Of a stretch of 64,000 bases of DNA, positions 21,685 to 31,248 are shown piece after piece. The notes below the pieces were generated by a model. That model searched no databases. It saw only the letters and a list, made by a program, of their open reading frames with translations, and had not been told where the DNA came from. The stretch is taken from assembly GCA_963737905.1 (NCBI GenBank), contig CAVTUQ010000017.1:1-64000 (forward strand), given 5' to 3'. The position numbers were made by a program, and so were the translations under genes. How positions within the stretch are numbered: the first letter of the stretch is position 1; each line of letters opens with the position of its first letter. The stretch is from an uncultured delta proteobacterium. Its GTDB lineage: Bacteria > Desulfobacterota > Binatia > UBA9968.

Positions 21685-22176
21685 ATGCAAGCAACCGCAG
21701 CCGCAAGAAAAGAAACAGAGGAAAAGCCAAAAGCCTATACTTTCTCGCTGAAAACCCCGTACATGCAGCAGGGGCGCGTTACCCAGCTCGTCGCGGAAAC
21801 CGCGAACATGTGGATCCACACGAAAATCAACGCCGAGGGCGGTGAAAACGAAATCCATTCTCACCTCGACGAAGATCATTCCTTTATCGTGCTGGAAGGC
21901 GAGATGAGCGTGTTCGACGAAAAAGGCAATGAGATGAAGGTGGAAAAGTACCAGGGAGTCATGATTCCCAAGGGCGCGTACTATCGTTATCTGAACACCG
22001 GGTCCGGAAATTTGGTCGTCCTGCGTATCGGGGCGGGCATCAAGGGCCAACCCCAGGGTGGCGTGGACATGCGCGTTCGCCCCGATGGCCGGCCGCTGCT
22101 CGCGGGCTCGGTTGAGAACAAGACGCTGCCGCCCATCGAAATGCCCGGTAAGTTTTTCGCCGAATCGGCAGGATAA
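21685..22176 (+). CDS. Cupin domain protein
   Basis: GGENEIHSHLDEDHSFIVLEGE...VMIPKGAYYRY. Confidence 0.85.
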   Translation: MQATAAARKETEEKPKAYTFSLKTPYMQQGRVTQLVAETANMWIHTKINAEGGENEIHSHLDEDHSFIVLEGEMSVFDEKGNEMKVEKYQGVMIPKGAYYRYLNTGSGNLVVLRIGAGIKGQPQGGVDMRVRPDGRPLLAGSVENKTLPPIEMPGKFFAESAG

Positions 22177-22266
22177 CAGTAGACCAGACACAAGGAGACA
22201 GAGGACAAGGAGAAAACAGAGGGAGACAATGAGACGCGGTCTCCTTGTCTCCTTGTCTGATTTTTC

Positions 22267-22836
22267 ATGTCCCAAGCTGAACAAATCTTCTCGTGGGAAA
22301 CGCCGCCGGAACTGTGGCGCGGCTTCAAAACCACCAGCCCCGGTTGGCAAGGCAACGTCGTCTCTCTTTACATTGCGCCGCAACCAGCCCAGCTGATGGT
22401 TCCTGTGTCCCAAGTGCGCGCCTTTGCGGACCGAGGCTTGGAAGGCGACCGCTTTTTTCGCGAATCGTGGAGAGCAGCGAACCGCCCTGACAAGGCGGTG
22501 AGCCTCATTGAAGAGGAGACTCTTGAAGCGGCTGCGGCCGAACTGGGTACCGAGACGTTTGGCGACAAAACGCGGCGTAACATCGTCACCCGCGGCGTGC
22601 CGCTTGTTGAATTGCTAGATCGCGAATTCATCATCGGTGGCGTGGTCATGCGGGGTATCCGGCTATTCGAGCCCTGCGGCCATCTGGAAAAGGTTTCTAA
22701 AGTTGCCGGAATATTTCGCGCCTTAGAACACCGTAGCGGCCTCAAGGCGGCGATCCTGAGTGACGGTGTCATCCGTGTCGGCGATCCGGTTGGGCTACGC
22801 GGAGAGACTCGGCCGGCGACCTCGTCATCGGCGTGA
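22267..22836 (+). CDS. MOSC domain protein
   Basis: GLEGDRF, RRNIVTRG, EPCGHLE, GVIRVGD. Confidence 0.85.
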   Translation: MSQAEQIFSWETPPELWRGFKTTSPGWQGNVVSLYIAPQPAQLMVPVSQVRAFADRGLEGDRFFRESWRAANRPDKAVSLIEEETLEAAAAELGTETFGDKTRRNIVTRGVPLVELLDREFIIGGVVMRGIRLFEPCGHLEKVSKVAGIFRALEHRSGLKAAILSDGVIRVGDPVGLRGETRPATSSSA

Positions 22837-23781
22837 CGGCCATGGAGTTTGGACTCCACCTGCCGGCTTCCAGCTCGGGGGTCAATTCAGAAGATCTGAT
22901 CCGGTTTGTTCAAAAGGCAGAAGCGCTGGGCTTTTACTGCATTACTGTCGCCGATCACATTATTGTCCCCAAAAGTATATCCATCCCCTATCCTTACACC
23001 ATCGACGGCAAGTATCCCGGCACGGGTTACCACCTGGAAACATTGACGACCATGTCCTTTCTCGCCGGTGCCACAGAGCGTATCCGGTTTATCACCAGCG
23101 TCATGATCGCACCTTACCGCAATCCGGTGATTACGGCCAAGATGCTCGCAAGCCTCGACGTTCTTTCGCAGGGCAGGGTGATCGTTGGCTTGGGCGTGGG
23201 CTGGATGAAGGAAGAATTCGACAACCTGAAGGCGCCACCGTTTAACGAACGCGGCCGGGTAACGGACGAATACATCAAAGCCTTCAGAGAACTTTGGACC
23301 CAAGAAAAGCCGTTGCTTTAACGGCAAGTACTGCAACTTTTCCGACATCATCTTTCTGCCCAAGCCGGTGCAAAAACCAACCATTCCGATCTGGATCGGC
23401 GGCCACAGCAAACAAGCGCTGCGCCGCGCCGGTGAATTGGGCGACGGCTGGCATCCCATCGGCGGTGTGCCAACCATTCCTTTGGAGCCGGAAGATGTGG
23501 TGCGAGATTTGGAGATGCTGGCGGGCTACGCCCAAAAGGCGGGAAGAAACCCTAAACACATCCGCGTCGCTCTAAAAGGCTCGCTGTTCGATCGCGAAAA
23601 GCAAACCACGCCTGGTAAGCGAAGGAGATTTCTCGGCAATGCAGAGGAGATCGCCTCCGACATTCGGGATTACCGCCAGGCGGGCATCGATACCATGATC
23701 TTCGACGTGCGGCGTCCGACTCCCGCAGAGACCCTCGAGCGCATGGAGTGGATGGCGAAAGAAGTGATTGCGAAGGTATAG
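22833..23781 (+). CDS. LLM class (F420-dependent-like) oxidoreductase, split by a +1 frameshift near 23313
   Basis: ADHIIVP, GRVIVGLGVGWMKEEF, then PVQKPTIPIWIGG; removing one T restores KPCFNGKY. Confidence 0.8.
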
Positions 23782-23861
23782 ACTGTTGGAAGTGTTTCAC
23801 CTTGGCGAACACTTTGCGTCTTTGCGGGAGTCATAGTTTCCCTTAATAAAGATCAATCATC

Positions 23862-24875
23862 ATGCGTTTCTACATCAACATCCTGACCACTTATTATCCC
23901 GATCTCGATCCGCCCTACGACGTTTACTATCAGCAGATTCTCGAGCAAATCGAGCTCGCCGAAGAGTTGGGCTGGGAATGTTTCATGTTCAACGAGCACC
24001 ATTTCCTCGGCTACGGCGGCCTCGTCGCCAACCCCGCAGTGCTGCTGGCCGCCGCCGCGGCGCGCACCTCGCGCATTCGCTTGGGTCCCTGCATCGCGAT
24101 TCTGCCGTTACGCCATCCGCTGCAGAGCGCCGAAGACTACGCTATGGTGGATGCGGTTTCAGGTGGCAGGCTGGAGTTCGGTATCGGCTCCGGCAATACG
24201 CCTTTGGATTATCACGTGTTCGATATCGAGAGGGAGGAGGGGCAGGCGAGGATGGAAGAAGCGCTGGAGATCATTCTCAAAGCTTGGCGTAGCGAACGTT
24301 TCAGCCACGAAGGGAAGTTCTGGCGCTTTCAGGAGATAACGCTCTACCCGAGGCCGGTGCAGCAACCGCATCCGCCGATTTGGGTCGCAGGCACATCGGC
24401 GAGGACTCTGGAATGGGCGGGGCGCCGGGGGTATGACATTATGACGGTGGGCCATCCGCATCCACCGGAAAAAGTGGGTCCGGGTGTCGAGGCGTGGAAA
24501 AAAGCGTTAATCGAGAGTGGCATCGACCCAAAGGAGCGCCGTTGCCAGTTCCACACGAGAACTCACGTTAACGAGAATAGCGAGCGTGCGCGCGACGTCG
24601 CCATGGCGGCGGTCACTCGCTACGACGCGATTTCCAGAATCGGTCGCAGATCAGTAAAGCCCGAAACGGACAACTATGATTGGGATGGGATGTTGGCAAC
24701 CGGCCGAAATCTCTACGGCAATCCCGACCAGTGCATTGAGATCATTCACAACGCCATGCGTCATTACTATTTCAATATCTTGACTACAACTTTTAATTTC
24801 GGCGGCATCCCCCACGAAGAGATCAAAAAATCCATGCGTCTCTTCGCCCGAGAAGTGATGCCGGCCCTCCGCTAA
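23862..24875 (+). CDS. LLM class flavin-dependent oxidoreductase
   Basis: AEELGW, NEHHF, TSRIRLG, AEDYAMVDAVSGGRLEFGIGSG, PRPVQQPHPPIWVA. Confidence 0.9.
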   Translation: MRFYINILTTYYPDLDPPYDVYYQQILEQIELAEELGWECFMFNEHHFLGYGGLVANPAVLLAAAAARTSRIRLGPCIAILPLRHPLQSAEDYAMVDAVSGGRLEFGIGSGNTPLDYHVFDIEREEGQARMEEALEIILKAWRSERFSHEGKFWRFQEITLYPRPVQQPHPPIWVAGTSARTLEWAGRRGYDIMTVGHPHPPEKVGPGVEAWKKALIESGIDPKERRCQFHTRTHVNENSERARDVAMAAVTRYDAISRIGRRSVKPETDNYDWDGMLATGRNLYGNPDQCIEIIHNAMRHYYFNILTTTFNFGGIPHEEIKKSMRLFAREVMPALR

Positions 24876-24947
24876 AATCGGTTTGTTGTCTTGAGCACTA
24901 GAGAATCATGCTTCTATTGGTAGGGGTGGATGTAGTACATTCCTCCC

Positions 24948-25934
24948 GTGCCGCGGAACGATCAGATAACCCGTCAGTGGCACTTGTTGCGGCGGCTCGA
25001 AAACACCCGGGGCCTGACTCTCTCGGAGCTTGTCGAAGCGGTCCCTGACGATTACCCAAAGAACGATCGCACGGTTCGGCGGGATTTAGAGGCGCTGGAA
25101 GCGGTCGGTTTTCCGCTCGTGACAGAACACCACAATGGGCAGACACGCTGGCGGTTGATCGAGGGCTTCCGAAATATTCCCGCGCTCGGGTTTTCGGCTA
25201 CGGAGCTGATGGCTCTGACTTTTAGCCGGAAACTACTCGAACCGTTACAAGGCACGGAGATTCAGTCAGCGCTCAACTCCGCATTGAACAAAGTCGCGAG
25301 CGCGTTACCGCCGCAGGCGCACGGGTATGTTCGCTCGCTCGATAACTTGTTTTCCATCGGCCTCGGCCCGCACAAGAATTATCAGCAATACAAGACCATC
25401 GTCGACCTCATCACCCAAGCCATCGACAAAACTCGAACCGCACAGATCAGGTATTTCTCCGCATCGCGTAACGCAACCAGTCGGCGGGAAGTCGGTCCTT
25501 ATCGTCTCTGGTACGCTTCCGGCGGCCTCTACTTGATCGCCTATGACCACCTGCGAAAAGATGTGAGGATGTTCGCTGTCGAGCGGATTCGCTCCATCAC
25601 TCTCACGGATCATCCGTATCAAATGCCGCTCGGCTTCGAGGTGGAGGAGTACGTCCAGGACGCGCTCATGATTATGAGAGGACGGCGGATCGACGTGGAA
25701 CTTCTCTTTTCCAAGAAAGTGGCGGCATGGATGAAGGACAAGCTCTGGCATGCCAGCCAGGAGGCGTTCCTCATGAAAGACGGACGGTTGAGAATGACCT
25801 TGAAGGTGGCGGACACCGATGAGCTTGTAGGCTGGATCTTGAGCTTTGGCAGCCAGGTCCGGGTCGTCAGCCCCGAAAGTCTGTGGAAAAAGGTGCGAGA
25901 CGAAGCGAGAAAAATAGCGGGTTCAAAAGGATAA
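24948..25934 (+). CDS. WYL-domain transcriptional regulator (HTH-WYL-WCX, PafB/PafC/DriD-like)
   Basis: wHTH RTVRRDLEALEAVGFP; WYL REVGPYRLWYASGGLYLIAYDHLRKDVRMFAVERI; WCX WILSFGSQVRVVSPESL. Confidence 0.92.
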   Translation: MPRNDQITRQWHLLRRLENTRGLTLSELVEAVPDDYPKNDRTVRRDLEALEAVGFPLVTEHHNGQTRWRLIEGFRNIPALGFSATELMALTFSRKLLEPLQGTEIQSALNSALNKVASALPPQAHGYVRSLDNLFSIGLGPHKNYQQYKTIVDLITQAIDKTRTAQIRYFSASRNATSRREVGPYRLWYASGGLYLIAYDHLRKDVRMFAVERIRSITLTDHPYQMPLGFEVEEYVQDALMIMRGRRIDVELLFSKKVAAWMKDKLWHASQEAFLMKDGRLRMTLKVADTDELVGWILSFGSQVRVVSPESLWKKVRDEARKIAGSKG

Positions 25935-26012
25935 GGTCGGAGACGGCGTCATTTTTAACTTTGAACTGAGCGAAGCAAACGGTTTCCCGATCGCATTTAA
26001 CGCCCGGCTATT

Positions 26013-26028
26013 ACATCAAAAATGATGT
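26013..26028. promoter_or_regulatory. Palindromic operator, probably for TA autoregulation
   Basis: ACATCA-AAAA-TGATGT perfect inverted repeat 9 bp upstream of the toxin ATG. Confidence 0.55.
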
Positions 26029-26037
26029 TGCATCCCT

Positions 26038-26391
26038 ATGGATTTCACAGTAGAGTTTTATGAGACGGAGACGGGGAAGTGCCCGGTGCGAGAATTCCTG
26101 GACGAGTTGAAGGCCAGTGATCCGGACGATTTCGCGGCGGTGGTCGCCGGTCTGGCAAAACTGCGGAGCCGGCAATATCACCGGGAGCCGTTATCCAAGG
26201 CGCTCGGCGATGGGTTGTTTGAACTGCGCCACGTCGGCAAGCTTAATACCCGTGTGTTGTGGTTTTTCATGAAGAATCGCCGAATCGTTGCGCTGCACGG
26301 CATCCGCAATAAGAGGCGCGCGATACCGTCTCGCGATCTCAATACTGCGCGGGAGCGGATGCGTGACTGGCGGAAAAGAGCAGAACAATGA
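26038..26391 (+). CDS. Type II TA toxin, RelE/ParE superfamily (HigB/Gp49-like)
   Basis: VEFYETETGKCPVREFLDEL...EPLSKALGDGLFELR...RVLWFF...IVALHGIRNK. Confidence 0.88.
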   Translation: MDFTVEFYETETGKCPVREFLDELKASDPDDFAAVVAGLAKLRSRQYHREPLSKALGDGLFELRHVGKLNTRVLWFFMKNRRIVALHGIRNKRRAIPSRDLNTARERMRDWRKRAEQ

Positions 26392-26768
26392 AAAAAACCA
26401 ATTTCGACCGTTACCTCGAAAAGCAGTTGCAGGATCCGACGTTTGCCGCCCGTTTTAAGAACGCGGGCGAGGCGTGGGATGTCGCGCTGCAAATAGCCGC
26501 CCTTCGCGAGCAGGCCGGGCTTTCGCAAAAGGACCTCGCGAAGCTGCTCAAAACCTCGCAGCAGCAGATTAGCCGGCTTGAGTCGCCGGGCTACGAAGGC
26601 CACTCCCTCAGCACCCTGCGCCGCGTCGCCGGCGTCTTGCACGCCCGGGTGCGCATCGTATTCGAGCCGACAAAAGTCACAAATGAGATGCATGTAGCCG
26701 AACCGCCAGGGCCATATCGCGCCAAGCGTGCTAAGGCTAAAAGAAAACAAACCGGAGTTGGTCCTTGA
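26388..26768 (+). CDS. XRE-family HTH antitoxin (HigA-like)
   Basis: LREQAGLSQKDLAKLLKTSQQQISRLE; ATGA overlap with the toxin. Confidence 0.88.
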   Translation: MKKTNFDRYLEKQLQDPTFAARFKNAGEAWDVALQIAALREQAGLSQKDLAKLLKTSQQQISRLESPGYEGHSLSTLRRVAGVLHARVRIVFEPTKVTNEMHVAEPPGPYRAKRAKAKRKQTGVGP

Positions 26769-26811
26769 ACCCGTTCGCCAGGCTCAGGGCAAGCTTTGAA
26801 CATTGAACCAA

Positions 26812-26904
26812 CGCCAGGCCCTACGGAGCGAAGCGGTTGAACGGTTGGAACGACGTGAACGTTTTGAACGGTAGTTTTCTTGGCGATCGTGACCTTGGAT
26901 GTCA
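26812..26904 (+). repeat. 93-bp direct repeat, copy 1
   Basis: Matches 27874-27966 with 8 mismatches by eye; contains TTGAAC tandem motifs and the GTGAC-N7-GTCA palindrome. Confidence 0.9.
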
Positions 26905-26921
26905 CTCGTATGTGGTAGAAA
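26889..26921 (+). promoter_or_regulatory. Putative WYL operator/promoter for the nucleotidyltransferase
   Basis: GTGAC-CTTGGAT-GTCAC-N10-TAGAAA, 7 bp before ATG 26929. Confidence 0.55.
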
Positions 26922-26928
26922 TCACGGC

Positions 26929-27474
26929 ATGAGCGAGGAACTGGAGGTTTTGAAGGAGGTGGCGCGGCGCCTCGACCGCGTCAACATCGGCTACATGATT
27001 ACCGGATCGATTGCGACAAACTTTTACACGGTCCCGCGCATGACTCGTGATATCGATATCGTCGTGGAGTTGTTCGAGCAAGACATTGGCCGATTCATTC
27101 CGCTCTTTGAAAACGACTATTATCTGGAACCGCAGACCGTCGGAGAAGCGGTTCGGAACAAAGGGATATTCAATCTGATTCATGATCAATACATCATCAA
27201 AATCGACTTCGTGGTACGGAAAGATACACTCTACCGGCGCCGCGAATTCTCCAGAAGAAGGAAAGTTACGGTCGATAATCAGGATCTCTTCGTCGTATCA
27301 CCGGAGGATCTCATCCTATCCAAGCTGGACTGGGCGAAAGATTCGCGATCCGAAGTCCAGCTCAATGACGTGCGAAATCTCTTGAAGTCCGTCAAAAGGC
27401 TTAACCGAAGCTATCTTGCCCGCTGGGCAAAGGCATTGGGCATCGAATCCCTTTATCGCGAGGTGAGTAGGTGA
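26929..27474 (+). CDS. Pol-beta-type nucleotidyltransferase (AbiEii/MenT/DUF6036-like), putative toxin
   Basis: YMITGS...PRMTRDIDIVV catalytic GS/DxD motif, KIDF, SPEDLILSKL. Confidence 0.8.
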   Translation: MSEELEVLKEVARRLDRVNIGYMITGSIATNFYTVPRMTRDIDIVVELFEQDIGRFIPLFENDYYLEPQTVGEAVRNKGIFNLIHDQYIIKIDFVVRKDTLYRRREFSRRRKVTVDNQDLFVVSPEDLILSKLDWAKDSRSEVQLNDVRNLLKSVKRLNRSYLARWAKALGIESLYREVSR

Positions 27475-27902
27475 AAGACACGCCTTTGGCAATCGAACGG
27501 AAATTTCGAAAGATGCTGATGAAACGGTCCGGAGAGGAGCGTCTTAAGATGGGATGTTCGATGCATGGGACCGCGCAGGCGCTTGCTAAAGCGTACATAT
27601 CGCAGCAGCATCCGGGTGCTCATCCGGCTCAGTTCAAGCGGCTATTCTTTCTTCACTTTTACGGCCCAGACTTTGAGCCCAAAGAGCGAAAACGAATCGC
27701 GGCAGCCTTGTCCGAGAAACCGCGCGTCCGCCGGAGTGCTGGAGCCGGGCAAGCCGGCAACGCGCAACCTATCACGCCCAAGAATGCCGGCCATCGTGAA
27801 GGTTTCGCCGCGGGTGCGGTCCGGGAAAAACGCGAGACTTATGGAGCAAAGAGAAAAAGCAAAGCTAAACGACCGCCAGGCCCTACGAAGCGAAGCGGTT
27901 GA
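27471..27902 (+). CDS. Small basic hypothetical protein coupled to the nucleotidyltransferase (putative antitoxin/partner)
   Basis: GTGA start/stop overlap; MKDTPLAIERKFRKMLMKRSGEERLKMGCSM...LFFLHFYG. Confidence 0.7.
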   Translation: MKDTPLAIERKFRKMLMKRSGEERLKMGCSMHGTAQALAKAYISQQHPGAHPAQFKRLFFLHFYGPDFEPKERKRIAAALSEKPRVRRSAGAGQAGNAQPITPKNAGHREGFAAGAVREKRETYGAKRKSKAKRPPGPTKRSG

Positions 27903-27966
27903 ACGTTTTGAACGGCTTGAACATTTTGAACGGTAGTTTTCTTGGTGATCGTGACCTCGGATGTCA
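27874..27966 (+). repeat. 93-bp direct repeat, copy 2
   Basis: Offset of 1062 bp from copy 1. Confidence 0.9.
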
Positions 27967-28006
27967 AAATGGTGTGACCTGATCTGTCACAGAGGTACTG
28001 TAGAAT
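27951..28006 (+). promoter_or_regulatory. Putative WYL operator pair and cas3 promoter
   Basis: GTGAC-N7-GTCAA (27951-27967), then TGTGAC-CTGATCT-GTCACA (27973-27991), with TAGAAT at 28001-28006. Confidence 0.6.
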
Positions 28007-28037
28007 CCAAATGTAAACTGCCAACAGAAAAAGACCA

Positions 28038-30532
28038 ATGGTGTCGTTCCCATATATTGCACATCAACGAAAACAGGATGGTGCCGAACAAAGTTTGGAA
28101 GAGCATCTATTCGGCGTTGCTGAAACAGCGAAATCTTTCGCGGCAAAGATTCGTTTAGAGGAGCAAGGTGAGCTAATCGGGCTGCTGCATGATTTGGGAA
28201 AATACAGCAAAGAATTTCAAATTTATTTCCGGTCCGCCGTTGGACTTATCAACCCGGATGAAGATGATTTCGTCGATGCGCGGGGACTAAAAGGAAAGGT
28301 AGATCATTCGACCGCTGGAGCTCAGCTTGTTTGGGAAGAACTCTCGACGCGAGGTCAGTTGGGGAAGATCGCCGGTCAAATCCTCGACTTGTGTATAGCG
28401 TCGCACCACTCTGGCTTGATCAACTGCCTTTCCTCCGATACCAAAAGCGTCGGCGCGGACGTTTTCGCAAAACGGATGCAGAAGTTGGATGATCGAACCC
28501 ACCTCCAGGAAGCCCGGCGCAACATGGACACGGTTATCGCCGAAAGATTCCGCGAGTTGGCTAATAATCCGAAAATAATTGACGGAATCAAAGAATCTAT
28601 CCGGCAAGTGGCAATTTGCGATATTAGGTCAGGAATACGGCCCCACGAAAACCCAATCACGCAATTTAAAACCGGTTTGCTCGTACGATTCCTCTTCAGT
28701 TGCCTGATCGATGCAGACCGCATCAATACAGCCGACTTCGAAAGCCCAGAAACCGCTGGGAAGCGGCTGAATGGTAAGTATTCCGAATGGAATCTACTGA
28801 TCGATCGGTTGGAATTGCATCTTCAGAAGTTCACAGACCAATACCCGATAGATGAATTCCGTCGTCGCATTTCGGACCAATGCAGTCAGAGTGCAACTCG
28901 GGATAAAGGCATATTCACGCTTACCGTACCAACTGGTGGCGGTAAGACGCTCGCCAGTCTTCGGTTTGCGCTACGCCATGCTCAACGGCACGAGATGGAT
29001 CGGGTGGTTTATGTGATTCCGTTCACGTCTATCATCGACCAGAATGCTGACGTCGTGCGGAAGATTTTTGAATCATCAGCGGATGGCGTAGAGCCAGGCA
29101 GTATCGTACTCGAACACCACTCGAATATTACGCCGGAAGAACAAACGTGGAAAAGTAAGATTCTGTCCGAGAACTGGGATGCGCCCGTTGTTTATACGAC
29201 TAATGTTCAGCTATTAGAGACTTTTTCGGGGCCGGCACACGCGGAGCGCGGCGGATGCACCAGTTAGCCAATGCCGTGATTGTCTTTGATGAAATCCAGA
29301 CCCTTCCCGTCAATTGCATTCATCTGTTCTGTAACGCGGTCAATTTCCTTGTCGAACATTGCGGAAGTAGCGTCGTGCTGTGCACGGCCACACAACCACT
29401 GCTGAATCGTGTGGAACCGTCGAAGGGCGCGCTGCGCATGGTTGCAAATAGTGAAATCATGCCGGGCGTGGCGAAACTTTTTGAGGATTTGAAGCGGGTT
29501 GAGGTGGTGAATGGCAGAAAGCCCGGAGGCTGGACGAATGAGGAAATTGCCCGTCTTGCGCTGGACGAAGCGGATCAGAGTAATAGTTGTCTGGTGATTG
29601 TGAATACCAAGAAATCAGCGCAGGCGCTTTTTCAGCTCTGTGAAAGCGCGAAGCAAATGCCGACCTACCACCTGAGCACAAACATGTGCGCCGCGCACCG
29701 CAAGAAGAGGCTTGGTGAAATTCGCGGACGTCTCGCTAACTCTGAGCGTCTTTTGTGTATCAGCACCCAACTAATCGAAGCTGGAGTCGATATAGATTTT
29801 GGATCGGTAATTCGATTCATCGCGGGGATGGACTCTATCGCGCAAGCGGCTGGAAGGTGCAATCGTAATGGACGTCCGAAGTTAGGTAGAGTGCATATCG
29901 TTAACCCATGCGCCGAAAACGTTGATATGCTCAAGGACATAAGCAGAGGAAGGGATACTACCGCGAGACTACTTGATGAGTATGAGAAACAGCCCGCTAG
30001 ATTTGGCAATGATTTGCTCGGACCCGACACGATGGGCTGGTATTTCAATTACTATTTTTTTGACCGGCGCGGAGACATGGATTACCCGGTTCGGGCTGGG
30101 ACGCTTGGGCATGATGACACTCTACTCAATTTGCTCTCGGTCAATCCAAACGCAACCGAAGAGTTTCGTCGTTCCCATGGCGCGTCTCCCAATATGTATC
30201 TTCGCCAATCGTTCATGGCTGCGGCCAAGGCGTTCAAGTCAATCGATGCACCGACCAGAGGCGTAATTGTACCGTATGGCGAAGAAGGCAAGGCTCTTAT
30301 CAATGAATTATGCGCTGCCTTTGCAATTGAAAAACAGTTTGGGCTTCTGCGAAAGGCGCAGCAGTACACGGTCAACGTGTTTCCCCATGAGCTACAGCGA
30401 CTACGGGACGCCCAGGCCGTGCACGAAGTGCAGGACGGTACGGACATTCTCTATCTTGATGCCCGTTATTATAGCGATGAGTTCGGACTGAGCCTGACGC
30501 CCAACGGGGACATGGAGGTGTTATATGCCTGA
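28038..30532 (+). CDS. cas3: CRISPR-associated HD nuclease/helicase Cas3, split by a -1 frameshift near 29222
   Basis: HD motifs (QSLEEHL, LHDLGK, VDHS, SHHSGL, DADR), [40 protein letters not shown]; one extra T in the T5 run restores ET(F/L)[12 protein letters not shown]. Confidence 0.92.
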
Positions 30533-31247
30533 ATTGAATCGGAACATTATTCAGTTTCGCGTCTGGGGACGGTTCGCGCTTTTCACCGATCCAATAACCA
30601 AGATCGGTGGAGAAAAGTGCTCGTATCACATTCCAACCTACGAGGCGATTAAAGGTATCGCCAAGTCGATCTATTGGAAGCCCACGTTCGTTTGGGTCAT
30701 TGACGAAGCGCGTGTCATGAAGCGTATTCGCACCCAAACGAAAGGAACTAAACCGTTGGAATACGGTGGTGGAAATACTTTAGCCATCTACACATTTCTG
30801 GCGGATGTCGAGTATCGGGTAAAGGCTCATTTCGAATGGAATATGCATCGGCCAGAGCTTGCAGATGACCGTAACGAATCGAAGCACCACATTATCGCTC
30901 AACGCATGTTGGAACGCGGCGGGCGGCAGGATATTTTTCTCGGCACTCGCGACTGCCAGGGCTATGTGGAACCTTGCGAGTTCGGCTCTGGAGTCGGTTA
31001 TTACGACAAGTCGGGAGAACTCGCGTACGGTGTGATGTTTCACGGGTTCGATTACCCCGATGAAACAGGGGACGGCAAGCTTCACGCACGTTTCTGGCGA
31101 CCAACCATGACCGATGGCGGGATTCGGTTCGCGCGGCCAGAGGATTGCACGATCAGAAAGTTTGTCAGGGAGATGACCGTGAAGGAATTCGATAAAAAAA
31201 GGAATTTCCGCAGCGTGGAATCCGAAGTTAGCGGATTGGAAGACTGA
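30525..31247 (+). CDS. cas5: Type I-C Cas5 (Cas5d)
   Basis: GRFALFTDP...[16 protein letters not shown]...IYWKP, FLGTRDC. Confidence 0.93.
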   Translation: MPELNRNIIQFRVWGRFALFTDPITKIGGEKCSYHIPTYEAIKGIAKSIYWKPTFVWVIDEARVMKRIRTQTKGTKPLEYGGGNTLAIYTFLADVEYRVKAHFEWNMHRPELADDRNESKHHIIAQRMLERGGRQDIFLGTRDCQGYVEPCEFGSGVGYYDKSGELAYGVMFHGFDYPDETGDGKLHARFWRPTMTDGGIRFARPEDCTIRKFVREMTVKEFDKKRNFRSVESEVSGLED

Positions 31248-31248
31248 T

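Noticed and set aside
28038-30532. Naturally split Cas3'' and Cas3' genes
   Set aside because: The break falls inside the helicase between motifs I and II, not at the HD/helicase boundary, and one base repairs it
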